Origin: Oligoflexales bacterium | Lineage (GTDB): Bacteria; Bdellovibrionota_B; Oligoflexia; Oligoflexales; Bog-1112 | Direction: 5' to 3' | Assembly: GCA_045106415.1 (NCBI GenBank) | Contig: JBGCEP010000069.1 | Coordinates: 1 to 14,920 of the forward strand | Length of the DNA: 14,920 bases | Part shown: piece after piece, positions 1-8,072 of the stretch | Position numbering within the stretch: position 1 is the first letter of the stretch | Layout: every line of letters begins with the position of its first letter | Translations under genes and position numbers: made by a program | The notes under the pieces: model-generated | Seen by the model: only the letters and a program-made list of their open reading frames with translations | Database searches by the model: none | What the model was told of the DNA's origin: nothing

Positions 1-270
1 GTGACTTTTTTAGCTACTTTTTTCTTGGTGACTTTTTTAGCTACTTTTTTCTTGGTGACTTTTTTAGCTACTTTTTTCTTGGTGACTTTTTTAGCTACTT
101 TTTTCTTGGTAACTTTTTTAGCTACTTTTTTCTTGGTAACTTTTTTAGCTACTTTTTTCTTAGTGACTTTTTTAGCTACTTTTTTCTTGGTAACTTTTTT
201 AGCTACTTTTTTCTTAGTGACTTTTTTAGCTACTTTTTTCTTGGTAGCTTTTTTAGTGACTTTTTTCTTA
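1..270. repeat. 27-bp coding tandem repeat (9 copies plus 1 variant) encoding KKKVAKKVT on the minus strand
   Basis: The unit GTRACTTTTTTAGCTACTTTTTTCTTR repeats from 1 to 243, with a variant copy at 244-270. Confidence 0.97.
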
Positions 271-335
271 GAAGCTGCTTTCTTGCGTTTCTTACCGGAA
301 ATTCTCTGCTTTCTGGCTGTTGCTGTTCCTAACAT
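1..335 (-). CDS. Lys-rich histone H1-like (Hc2/AlgP-type) nucleoid protein, 3' end beyond the window
   Basis: The reverse strand reads ATG at 335-333, preceded by SD AAGGGAG (351-345). Translation: MLGTATARKQRISGKKRKKAASKKKVTKKAT(KKKVAKKVT)n, open to position 1. K/A/V/T repeats are typical of bacterial histone H1-like proteins. It is absent from the ORF track, probably because there is no stop in the window. Confidence 0.85.
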   Translation of the reverse strand, partial: MLGTATARKQRISGKKRKKAASKKKVTKKATKKKVAKKVTKKKVAKKVTKKKVAKKVTKKKVAKKVTKKKVAKKVTKKKVAKKVTKKKVAKKVTKKKVAKKVTKKKVAKKV

Positions 336-370
336 AATAATGATCTCCCTTTTTGATCAGGTTTAACTTG

Positions 371-395
371 GTGCCCCTGATCCTCTAAGGGGCAC
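371..395 (-). promoter_or_regulatory. GC-rich hairpin in the 5' leader of the histone-like gene
   Basis: GTGCCCCT (371-378) and AGGGGCAC (388-395) form a perfect 8-bp inverted repeat with a 9-nt loop. There is no downstream U-tract. Confidence 0.55.
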
Positions 396-411
396 AACAA
401 CACCACCTATG

Positions 412-438
412 TCTTCGACAGATTAAAACGAAAGTTTA
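412..438 (-). promoter_or_regulatory. Putative sigma-28 (FliA) promoter of the histone-like gene
   Basis: The minus strand reads TAAACTTT-N11-GTCGAAGA versus consensus TAAAGTTT-N11-GCCGATAA. Spacing is exact, and the site ends about 77 nt upstream of the ATG. Confidence 0.6.
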
Positions 439-585
439 GGAAAAGATGAAGGCAAGTGTTTGGGAGTAGAGTCTTTTTTAGGGATAGCTGAACTTCTGAG
501 GATAAAAAACACTTTAATAACAAAGGGATAGTCTCGAACATAAAATGCTGTTGTTTTGTCGGTAAAAACAAAGAGGTGGAGGCTG

Positions 586-2586
586 TCACCTCAATTTTGT
601 CGAATTTGAAGATGGTTTTCTTGACTTGGGTCCCCCGTTTAATAAGTCAAGAACCTGCTGAACGTTTTGTCTTGAAGATGTTTTTGATGGTGAATGGAGG
701 TTTTGAGTTGGTCTTGTCTGCTTCTGTGATGGAGGCGTAGGGGGTATTGATTTTGTTTTTTCCTCGGCGATAACATGACAAAAATCAGGGACATTATCGC
801 TGTTAGGTTTTTCTTGTGAGGATAAAATAAGATGGAGAGACTGTGGATCTGCTCGTTTTGCTTGTTGTAAAATATTGTCAGGCTTGCCTTGTCCAACAAT
901 GTGCCAGAGAGCAAAATCTTCGCTATCTGTCTGAAAAGGTAGGCATTCTTCATGATTTCGGGTGAGGGCACGTATTAATAAGCCATCTCGAATGAATTGT
1001 GAACTTAATGGGCTCCCAATTGAAATTGGGGGCAAAGTTAAACTATTAAAACAATGCTCCCATTCTTTTTGCGCATTCTGCCCAGCGTATTCGAGTTGTT
1101 GTAGGAGTTTTGTTTGAGCTTGGTAGTCACCATAACTTCGAAGGAGTGTATCGTGATTTTTTTGTTTTTTATGACCAAGGTTAAGTAAAGACTTTGCTTC
1201 GCTTAGGATAACAGCGGGTGTGTTGAGCTCTGTGCCGTCTTGGTTGTTTGTGAGTTGTCTCCATTCGACGAGAAGTCCTCGAATGTTTTCAATTTTTTGC
1301 TGTCTCCACTTAAGTTTCGCTGTGAGGTTTTTATGTTCACTGTGGAGCTCTGCTAGTCGCCCGAATTGAGATGCAAGACTCATTAGAGAGCTTAGCGATA
1401 TGTTTTGTGGGAGCCCATTGTTTTGTTGTATGCTATCCCATTGTTTGTCTAAGGATTTTTTCTTTTGCACCTGATTTTCATACCACTTTTGCATACGCTG
1501 AAGAGGAAGACGGAAATCATTTTCATTTTCATAGAGGTGTTCTCGAAGTTGGTTGAGTTTTGCGAGCGTGGAATTGAGATTTTCTCTGAGTTCTTGGACT
1601 TTTTCTCTATCGAAATCTTGATTTTTTTGTTGTCCTTTTCGAAATTTGTCAAACCAGTTCAAAGTGTTTTCAGATTGAATGGTTAAGGCATGGACTGTCT
1701 TGTCGAACTCTTTTTGAAGCTCTTCTGACAATGAAAAATTTTGCGCTAGGTTCTGATCGGTGAGATTCCAGGTGCTTTCTGAGACCATAGCGAGGCTTTC
1801 CTCTCCTCTGTCGATCATATTGCGAGTAGCCTCAAGCCCTCTTTGTAAAAAAACTCTTTGAGATAAGAGAGTTAAGGTTTTTTCGAAATTCTGATGAGAA
1901 ACGTTTTGTATGTGCGCGTCTTTCAGAATGCTCTCTATTTCATTTTGGATGGTTGTTATTTTTTCTAAAAGCTGCATTTGACTGGTGTTGCGGAGGCCGT
2001 CGAGTTGATCTTCAATCTGATGGATAAGGTGGAGTTCTTTTCTGAGTTGAAGAGGGTCTGCGACAGCATCTTTTCGTGTCTGTTTTTTGTGAAGAAAGGC
2101 TAATGTTTGGTAGCGGCTTTTGATGCGATCAAGTTGCTCAGCTAAGGAAGCGACCCTTAAAGGGGACAACTCTGGGAGTTGGGCTGAGAGACAAGCCTGT
2201 TTGCTGAGTAGGGCAGCTTGATTGTAAAGACTTTGATCCATATGAAGAGGCAAAGCTTTCGGGTTCGGGTCAAGAAGATCAATTTGGTATGGGCGAAACT
2301 TTGGTTCGTCAGAACATGGATCCCCATTTTTTAAGAGAGTTGTGAACTGGTTCTTTCTTTGCATTTTCCATAAAGAACCTGTGCTGTCACTCCACTCCAT
2401 GGAAACTTGATGGCAAGGTCTATTTCCACCAAAAAGGTGAGAGAGAGCTGCAGCAATCTCAACTGACTGTTCTGCACTTGTAAAAAGGGCAGCGACATGA
2501 GCAAATTTTCCTCCACGACTGCGGACAGAAAAAACTTTTTCTTCGGCCTGAGGGTATCTTTGATATCGAAGAGAAAGCAATTGCAT
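586..2586 (-). CDS. Large coiled-coil protein, YhaN/SbcC/SMC-like architecture with degenerate ATPase motifs
   Basis: The ORF spans 586..2646. The better start is ATG at 2586 (MQLLSLRY) with SD CAGGAG at 2600-2595. It has a beta-rich N-terminus (..AAALSHLFGG..WKMQRK), a long Q/L/E/K heptad region and a P/S/Q-rich tail. No GxxxxGK[ST] motif is present. Confidence 0.55.
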   Translation of the reverse strand: MQLLSLRYQRYPQAEEKVFSVRSRGGKFAHVAALFTSAEQSVEIAAALSHLFGGNRPCHQVSMEWSDSTGSLWKMQRKNQFTTLLKNGDPCSDEPKFRPYQIDLLDPNPKALPLHMDQSLYNQAALLSKQACLSAQLPELSPLRVASLAEQLDRIKSRYQTLAFLHKKQTRKDAVADPLQLRKELHLIHQIEDQLDGLRNTSQMQLLEKITTIQNEIESILKDAHIQNVSHQNFEKTLTLLSQRVFLQRGLEATRNMIDRGEESLAMVSESTWNLTDQNLAQNFSLSEELQKEFDKTVHALTIQSENTLNWFDKFRKGQQKNQDFDREKVQELRENLNSTLAKLNQLREHLYENENDFRLPLQRMQKWYENQVQKKKSLDKQWDSIQQNNGLPQNISLSSLMSLASQFGRLAELHSEHKNLTAKLKWRQQKIENIRGLLVEWRQLTNNQDGTELNTPAVILSEAKSLLNLGHKKQKNHDTLLRSYGDYQAQTKLLQQLEYAGQNAQKEWEHCFNSLTLPPISIGSPLSSQFIRDGLLIRALTRNHEECLPFQTDSEDFALWHIVGQGKPDNILQQAKRADPQSLHLILSSQEKPNSDNVPDFCHVIAEEKTKSIPPTPPSQKQTRPTQNLHSPSKTSSRQNVQQVLDLLNGGPKSRKPSSNSTKLR

Positions 2587-2776
2587 AATCGAGTCTCCTG
2601 AGGAAAAACATAATTTTATATGGTGATATAAGGAACTGTCTAACATTTTAGCATATTTTGATTTTGTCTTAATAACATGCGTAAGCTTAAGGTGATAGTT
2701 AAAATGAGTGGATCAAATTGAAGGACAAAGCTATGATGCGCTCGCAGATTCTAGTGATGATGAAATGAGGTAAATA

Positions 2777-4246
2777 ATGAGTGCTGATCGCCGTATTCGA
2801 GATGGTCTTTATGGATCCATCGACGTGACCGAATTAGAGAGTCGAGTGATTGCGCATCCTGCTTTTCAGAGATTGCGAAGAGTTCGTCAAACAGCTTTTT
2901 TATCTCTAGTCTTTCCGGGCGCTTCTCATACCCGTTTGGAGCATTCTCTAGGGGTCATGCACCAAGCTGGTGTCGCTTGGAGAAAAATTGCGGCGAATCA
3001 AAAAAGGTTTTTAGCTCCATACTTGAAAACAGAACAAGATGAAGCTGTAACATCAGAACTTCATGGAAGTTTATTCCCAACGCTTGATAAGATTGCAGAA
3101 GTTTTTTCTTCAGAGAATATTTTGCAAATTGTAAGGCTGGCAGCTCTTTTACATGATGTGGGTCACCCTCCTTTTTCTCATAGTGGAGAAAGGTTTCTGC
3201 CAACTGCAGGGGCTTTGCTTGCAGCAAATCCAGATTTGAAAGATTATCTAAAAAATTATTTAAAGAGTTTTGATTCAGATATGCGAGTCGGACATGAAGT
3301 CATGACTATTCTGATTGTGGATCGTTTGTTGTCAGAGGTCTCTAGCGAGTTTGAAGCTATTGACCCTCGAGATGTCATCTCGGTAATTGAGCCAGAAATA
3401 GAACCAGCTACTTCGTCGCTATTATTAAAGCTGAGAGTCCACCACCTCTGCCATGAGTTGGTCTCAGGTGAAGTTGATATAGACAGGATGGACTACCTCC
3501 AGCGAGACTCTAAAGAGTGTGGCGTGCATTATGGATTATTTGATTGTGATCGTGTGATGGACTCTTTGATGGTGTATTGGGAGCCGCGAGAAAGCCAGCT
3601 GCATTTAGCTATTCAACAATCGGGTCTTGCTGCGTTTGAGGATTACCTTAGAGCACGACAATCTATGTATCTTCAGGTTTATTTTCATAAAACCTCTGTG
3701 GCCGCAGAAGCGATGATGCAATTTATTGGGCGTACTCTTAAAGATATGACCCTTCCCCCGTCTTTAGAGGATTATTTAAGTGTCGATGAGCATAATGTTC
3801 GATCTGTATTTTTGAATTACATCGACTTACATCTTGTAGGCGATGAACGACAAAAAATGATTACAACAATGGATAATTTACTGCTGAATAGAAAACTGTG
3901 GAAAAGAGTTTTTGAAATATCAGGAAGAGATCATCAGTTGCTTGATAGTAAAGATCGTTTTTTAGTTGCCACTTCTTTACTACAAAAAAGAGGGGTTGCT
4001 TTTGAAGTGATTTCCTCTACATCTTGTTTGACTTCTTTTCGAAGTCGCAAGCCTTATGAAAAGAGCTCTAATTACTTACGGCTGATTAAAAAGAATGATT
4101 TTATGCAGCCTCACGTGGTACCTATTGAAGATTATTCAGACATCATTAGTGATGGACGACGGGTTCAAATATCAAGAATTTATGTTGAGGCTGGTGAAAA
4201 TTTTCATGAAATCCAGCAAGATGTTGCGCATTGCCTAAAAATGTAG
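2777..4246 (+). CDS. HD-domain phosphohydrolase, SAMHD1/dGTPase-like dNTP triphosphohydrolase family (COG1078)
   Basis: Motifs IRDGLYG, FQRLRRVRQ, FPGASHTRLEHSLG, AALLHDVGHPPFSH, DIDRMDYLQRD and RQSMYLQVYFHK are present. SD GAGGT lies upstream of the ATG. Confidence 0.93.
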   Translation: MSADRRIRDGLYGSIDVTELESRVIAHPAFQRLRRVRQTAFLSLVFPGASHTRLEHSLGVMHQAGVAWRKIAANQKRFLAPYLKTEQDEAVTSELHGSLFPTLDKIAEVFSSENILQIVRLAALLHDVGHPPFSHSGERFLPTAGALLAANPDLKDYLKNYLKSFDSDMRVGHEVMTILIVDRLLSEVSSEFEAIDPRDVISVIEPEIEPATSSLLLKLRVHHLCHELVSGEVDIDRMDYLQRDSKECGVHYGLFDCDRVMDSLMVYWEPRESQLHLAIQQSGLAAFEDYLRARQSMYLQVYFHKTSVAAEAMMQFIGRTLKDMTLPPSLEDYLSVDEHNVRSVFLNYIDLHLVGDERQKMITTMDNLLLNRKLWKRVFEISGRDHQLLDSKDRFLVATSLLQKRGVAFEVISSTSCLTSFRSRKPYEKSSNYLRLIKKNDFMQPHVVPIEDYSDIISDGRRVQISRIYVEAGENFHEIQQDVAHCLKM

Positions 4247-4313
4247 ACGACGGTAGAAGCTTAAAAACATCATTGGTTTCTCTATAAAAATACTCTGAGC
4301 TGGTTAGTGATTT

Positions 4314-5762
4314 TTATAGGAAATTTTCTGGTGTGCGCTCATGGGTGCCGTTTTCCATTTCTTGTATGCGGCGCAGCATTTCATCAATTGATAAGTCAAA
4401 ATAGGCCTTTTTTTCTTTAAGCCATGCCGAACGCAATAGGACATCAAAGATATTTTTATATTGATCTTCTTTCATTTTTTCTCTTAAAAAAGCTGTGACT
4501 CGAGGGGGGATTGTCGGTAATACATGGCCAATATATTCATCTTGTGGAAATTCGTTTGCGAAATTCATCGTTGATCGTGGAAAAGTTGATGGAACCTCCC
4601 ACATGAGGGGGGTTATATGTACAGCATATCCTTTATCAACAAGGTGTCCGATCATTTTCTCTCCGAATAGGCCATGAATTGGTGCGATGAAATTAGGCTC
4701 TAGGTGGCCTTGTGGATAATTAATAACTATATTTCCGTGCCCTTCTTGAATGGCGAACTCCACTTGTTCAACCGCTGTAAGGTTATCAGAGGTTTTAACA
4801 CCTACAGAAATAAACTGAGGATGGTTGGCGACGAGTTGAGCGATCCCTTGTGTCGGTGAAAAGATTTTAGGATTTGAAAAAATAAGGTGATGAGGCAAAT
4901 CTAAACTCGACATCATATAAGCGTCTAAAAGTGCGTGCTGATGAATAGGAAGTAGTAGATATACATTTTTTGTGGAAGGCGGTAAAAAATCCGGAAGTTG
5001 AGATTTTTTCTGAGAAATATGGACTTTAATTCCATCCATGTTTTTTATATGACAAAAAAGGGAGTCTATTTTTTGGCTAATAGGTTTTCCTAGAAAACCA
5101 CCTGAGGGCTGAAAAAAGACATCAGGCAATAATGTGAAGACATGCCAAGCAACGTAAGAAGCATGCAGAACTTGACATGTTTTATGCTTGATCGTACTGA
5201 ACATGCCTAAAGATGAATCGATCTTATCAAGGTGGTAATAATTGGGGTGTTTTTTGCGATGATCTTCATAAAAATCATCGAGGCTACTGAAGAAAACATG
5301 AAAACTCCAGTGGCGTTGAGTTCTTTTTTTGGCTTGCTCTACGTTGTTGCCGTAAAAAGAGCCTTTTTCACGATTCCATGTTGTGAATTCTGAGAGAATA
5401 CTATCGTGTTTGTCGTTTAGAATCAGAGTTTGATGAAAGTATTGGTAATGTTCCCAGGCTCTGTTGGTTAACCACTCTTGTTTACTTAAATTTAACTGGT
5501 CATACCTTTTTAAAAGATTATTGTGGTACTCAAACCAATGCTGAAACTCTCGATGAGGAATGTTTTGTGATGAATATTCGTTTTGTATAAGATTTATAAA
5601 TGAAGCGCTATTACTAAAAGATTGTTCTTGTTGAAAAAATCGAATTTCTTCCTTAAGGATTGCTTCTTCTTTGTGAATGTCTTTTAAAGAAAGAATATTT
5701 CCATAACTACTGTTATGGAGTAAGAAACATAAAGTTGCGGTATAAAGAAATAATTTGCTCAA
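4314..5762 (-). CDS. Exported protein with a C-terminal PlsC/LPLAT-like acyltransferase domain
   Basis: TTG start with SD AAGGGA. The N-terminus looks like a signal peptide (MSKLFLYTATLCFLLHNSSYG). LLPIHQHALLD (H274...D280) resembles the HX4D block and IVINYPQG resembles the FPEG block. Confidence 0.55.
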   Translation of the reverse strand: MSKLFLYTATLCFLLHNSSYGNILSLKDIHKEEAILKEEIRFFQQEQSFSNSASFINLIQNEYSSQNIPHREFQHWFEYHNNLLKRYDQLNLSKQEWLTNRAWEHYQYFHQTLILNDKHDSILSEFTTWNREKGSFYGNNVEQAKKRTQRHWSFHVFFSSLDDFYEDHRKKHPNYYHLDKIDSSLGMFSTIKHKTCQVLHASYVAWHVFTLLPDVFFQPSGGFLGKPISQKIDSLFCHIKNMDGIKVHISQKKSQLPDFLPPSTKNVYLLLPIHQHALLDAYMMSSLDLPHHLIFSNPKIFSPTQGIAQLVANHPQFISVGVKTSDNLTAVEQVEFAIQEGHGNIVINYPQGHLEPNFIAPIHGLFGEKMIGHLVDKGYAVHITPLMWEVPSTFPRSTMNFANEFPQDEYIGHVLPTIPPRVTAFLREKMKEDQYKNIFDVLLRSAWLKEKKAYFDLSIDEMLRRIQEMENGTHERTPENFL

Positions 5763-5905
5763 CGGTGTTTCCCTTTTGGTACTGCAGAAATCCTTAGCAG
5801 ATTGTTGTCATAAATGATCATGAAGTGCAAGATTGTAATGAGAAGTGTTTTACTCGTATACCAGACCCCAGGACAATTATTCCGACTGAGATGCAGGTGT
5901 AACAA

Positions 5906-7456
5906 ATGAAAATTATTGATTTTTATGTTTTTTTCTGTCTTGTTTTTTTTTCTTGTAAAAGCCGTGAGCGGGAAGTCTCTTTTGAGAAAAAACATGATTT
6001 TTCAGATGTTTACATGGTTGATAGTACTTTCCCATGGGATTTGAGCAAGCTTATAAATGTTGGTGTGATCAACTTTAAGGATGTCCAAAGTTGGGTCGTG
6101 TGGAATGATAACTCTAGAAAAGAAAAAATTCTTTTGGCAGAACTTAGATCAAGCTCAACCTTTAAGCTCTCTTTGACTGGACAAAAAAGAATTTCTTCAG
6201 AAAAAGTTTCTAGTTCTCTTAAATATTCAACGCACGATGCCAAAATTTCTTCAAATACTTCGTCCCAATCTAAAGCGAAAGTTGTTGTTGATTTTAAGAG
6301 TAGAGAAATTTCACAGAAAATTGAAAATTATTTAAAACCTTATGAAAACGTATTTGCTGTTGAAGATTCTGTAACTCAAGGGGGAAAAGGGTATTTGAAA
6401 AACCATCTTTCGTCTGATGTTGAGCTGACAAGGATTTTGGCAGCTTTCTCTCTTGATTCGACTAAAGATTTTGGGTTTGATGTCGTGAGCTCCTATCAGT
6501 TAGGAGGGTTGCAGGATATTCAGCAACAAGGAACATTAAGTGTAAAATCGATTCTTCAAAGGATGGAAGAAAAAGAAAATTATTCTGTCATTGTTCAACT
6601 CCCAGAGAGGCTTCATTGGGTAGGTCTTCACAAGTCAAAAGATGAAGTTGTTGTTTTTGATAGCGTGGGGTCTTCTTCAAAAACGCTTGAAGTTGGATAT
6701 GGAGTTAAAATCTCTCAGGGGCGATTAAGTGAAGCGATAGAGGTTGCAAGAGTGACTTCGTTAGAAGGTCGTGATGTTAACCAAGTCCATTTTGATGGCG
6801 TGAGTCAAGAGCAAATGTCTATTCTGATAAGGCAGTGGAACTTTAAGCATATGTTAGGTGAAGTTTCGAGAGGTCGCCGTGTTTTGTGGGTGGAGAAACC
6901 TCATCAAACAGAAGATGGATGGCGATGTGGTTATCATCAGTTGGAAGCGGCGTATAGAAATTCACATGGGAAATCGTTGGATCTTAATAAAGAGAGTCAA
7001 GATCAAAGATTTTTGAATGAATTTTTAGGTGTCAATGGACAGTATGAAAAATTAGCGGTTGCAGTAGAAATATTGAGAACCGATCCTATAAACCAAGTTT
7101 TAGAATCCGAAATTGATTCTACCCCTACTGCACCTCTTTCAGAAGAGGTTTGGAAGAGGTTTGGGGAAAATATAACATTAAAAAAGTCACGATCATCTTT
7201 TGGAAAATCATGGCTCAGCGGGCTATCGTTTTTTGCTGTGATGTTAGGGGGAGGGGTTGGGTTTTACGCAATGACAGACTCTTGGTTTAAAATATCAAAC
7301 AAACCAAAAATTATAGATGAAGATTATGATGGTGCAAGATCTTTACCTCCGAATCTTGTTCTTATAAAAAAAGAACAAGGTCAACTTATAGGGTATCAAG
7401 GGCAGCAATTTTTGGTTGATGTGAAAGGAGAATTTGTAGGGTCTTTAGTTTATTGA
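5906..7456 (+). CDS. Lipoprotein with a Ulp1/C48-like (clan CE) cysteine protease domain and a C-terminal TM helix
   Basis: Lipobox-like VFFSC (Cys17) follows a hydrophobic stretch. Motifs occur in the order LHW (H237), VVFDS (D252), PHQTEDGWRCGY (Q334, C341). A hydrophobic helix WLSGLSFFAVMLGGGVGFYAM lies near the C-terminus. Confidence 0.65.
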   Translation: MKIIDFYVFFCLVFFSCKSREREVSFEKKHDFSDVYMVDSTFPWDLSKLINVGVINFKDVQSWVVWNDNSRKEKILLAELRSSSTFKLSLTGQKRISSEKVSSSLKYSTHDAKISSNTSSQSKAKVVVDFKSREISQKIENYLKPYENVFAVEDSVTQGGKGYLKNHLSSDVELTRILAAFSLDSTKDFGFDVVSSYQLGGLQDIQQQGTLSVKSILQRMEEKENYSVIVQLPERLHWVGLHKSKDEVVVFDSVGSSSKTLEVGYGVKISQGRLSEAIEVARVTSLEGRDVNQVHFDGVSQEQMSILIRQWNFKHMLGEVSRGRRVLWVEKPHQTEDGWRCGYHQLEAAYRNSHGKSLDLNKESQDQRFLNEFLGVNGQYEKLAVAVEILRTDPINQVLESEIDSTPTAPLSEEVWKRFGENITLKKSRSSFGKSWLSGLSFFAVMLGGGVGFYAMTDSWFKISNKPKIIDEDYDGARSLPPNLVLIKKEQGQLIGYQGQQFLVDVKGEFVGSLVY

Positions 7457-8072
7457 TGATTATTTGCTGTGTGTTTTTTGAATTTCAGCGATTATTTTTA
7501 TTATAAATGACAAATTCAGTTGTGGGGAAAAGCATTTCCTCAATGTAAAAAATCCTAGGTTTTTCGATCTTTAATACTTGTGATATTAAGATGATTTTAA
7601 TAGGCCTGATTTAAAAACCATCGATTTTTTGAGTTAATTTGAGGTCCGAAATAACTCCAACGTCTACAGCCAATATTATGTTTGCCGCCGTATTTACCTA
7701 GTCTAAATCCCATTGAACAATTGTGTAGTTTTACAAGGAAAGTTTTATGCAAATACATTTCATGAAAATGTGCTGGGTTCCATTCGTCTATTACAAAGTT
7801 TTTTCGGATAATTTGAAAATATCACAATGATCACGTAACCGTTTTGATAGACATATTTGAAATGTTGACGGTGGTTAAATCGGAAGTTTCAAACACGATT
7901 AGTATATCAATACAGCTCTAAATTTAAAGATAGACGCAAGTTCTGTGGTGTGAATTTATGGAGAAGGAAGCTCTGGCTTTTATTACATGAGAAAAGTGAA
8001 AATTATCTTCGTTGAGGAACAAGTCTGCTTTTAAATCTGCATAAATATATTTAAGTAAATTCACAACAGCCG

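Noticed and set aside
1..366. + strand 121-aa (TFLATFFLV)n hydrophobic ORF
   Set aside because: It is the antisense shadow of the Lys-rich gene. The minus strand has an SD, ATG, promoter match and a known protein type.
407..589. 60-aa ORF overlapping the coiled-coil gene stop, and other short ORFs (e.g. 639-971, 5759-5995, 9139-9399, 11917-12135, 12390-12698)
   Set aside because: They have no recognisable motifs and overlap stronger CDS or regulatory elements, so they are treated as chance frames.
7457..8072. Replication origin or ncRNA in the long intergenic region
   Set aside because: I could not see a DnaA-box cluster, tRNA fold, strong hairpin or terminator.
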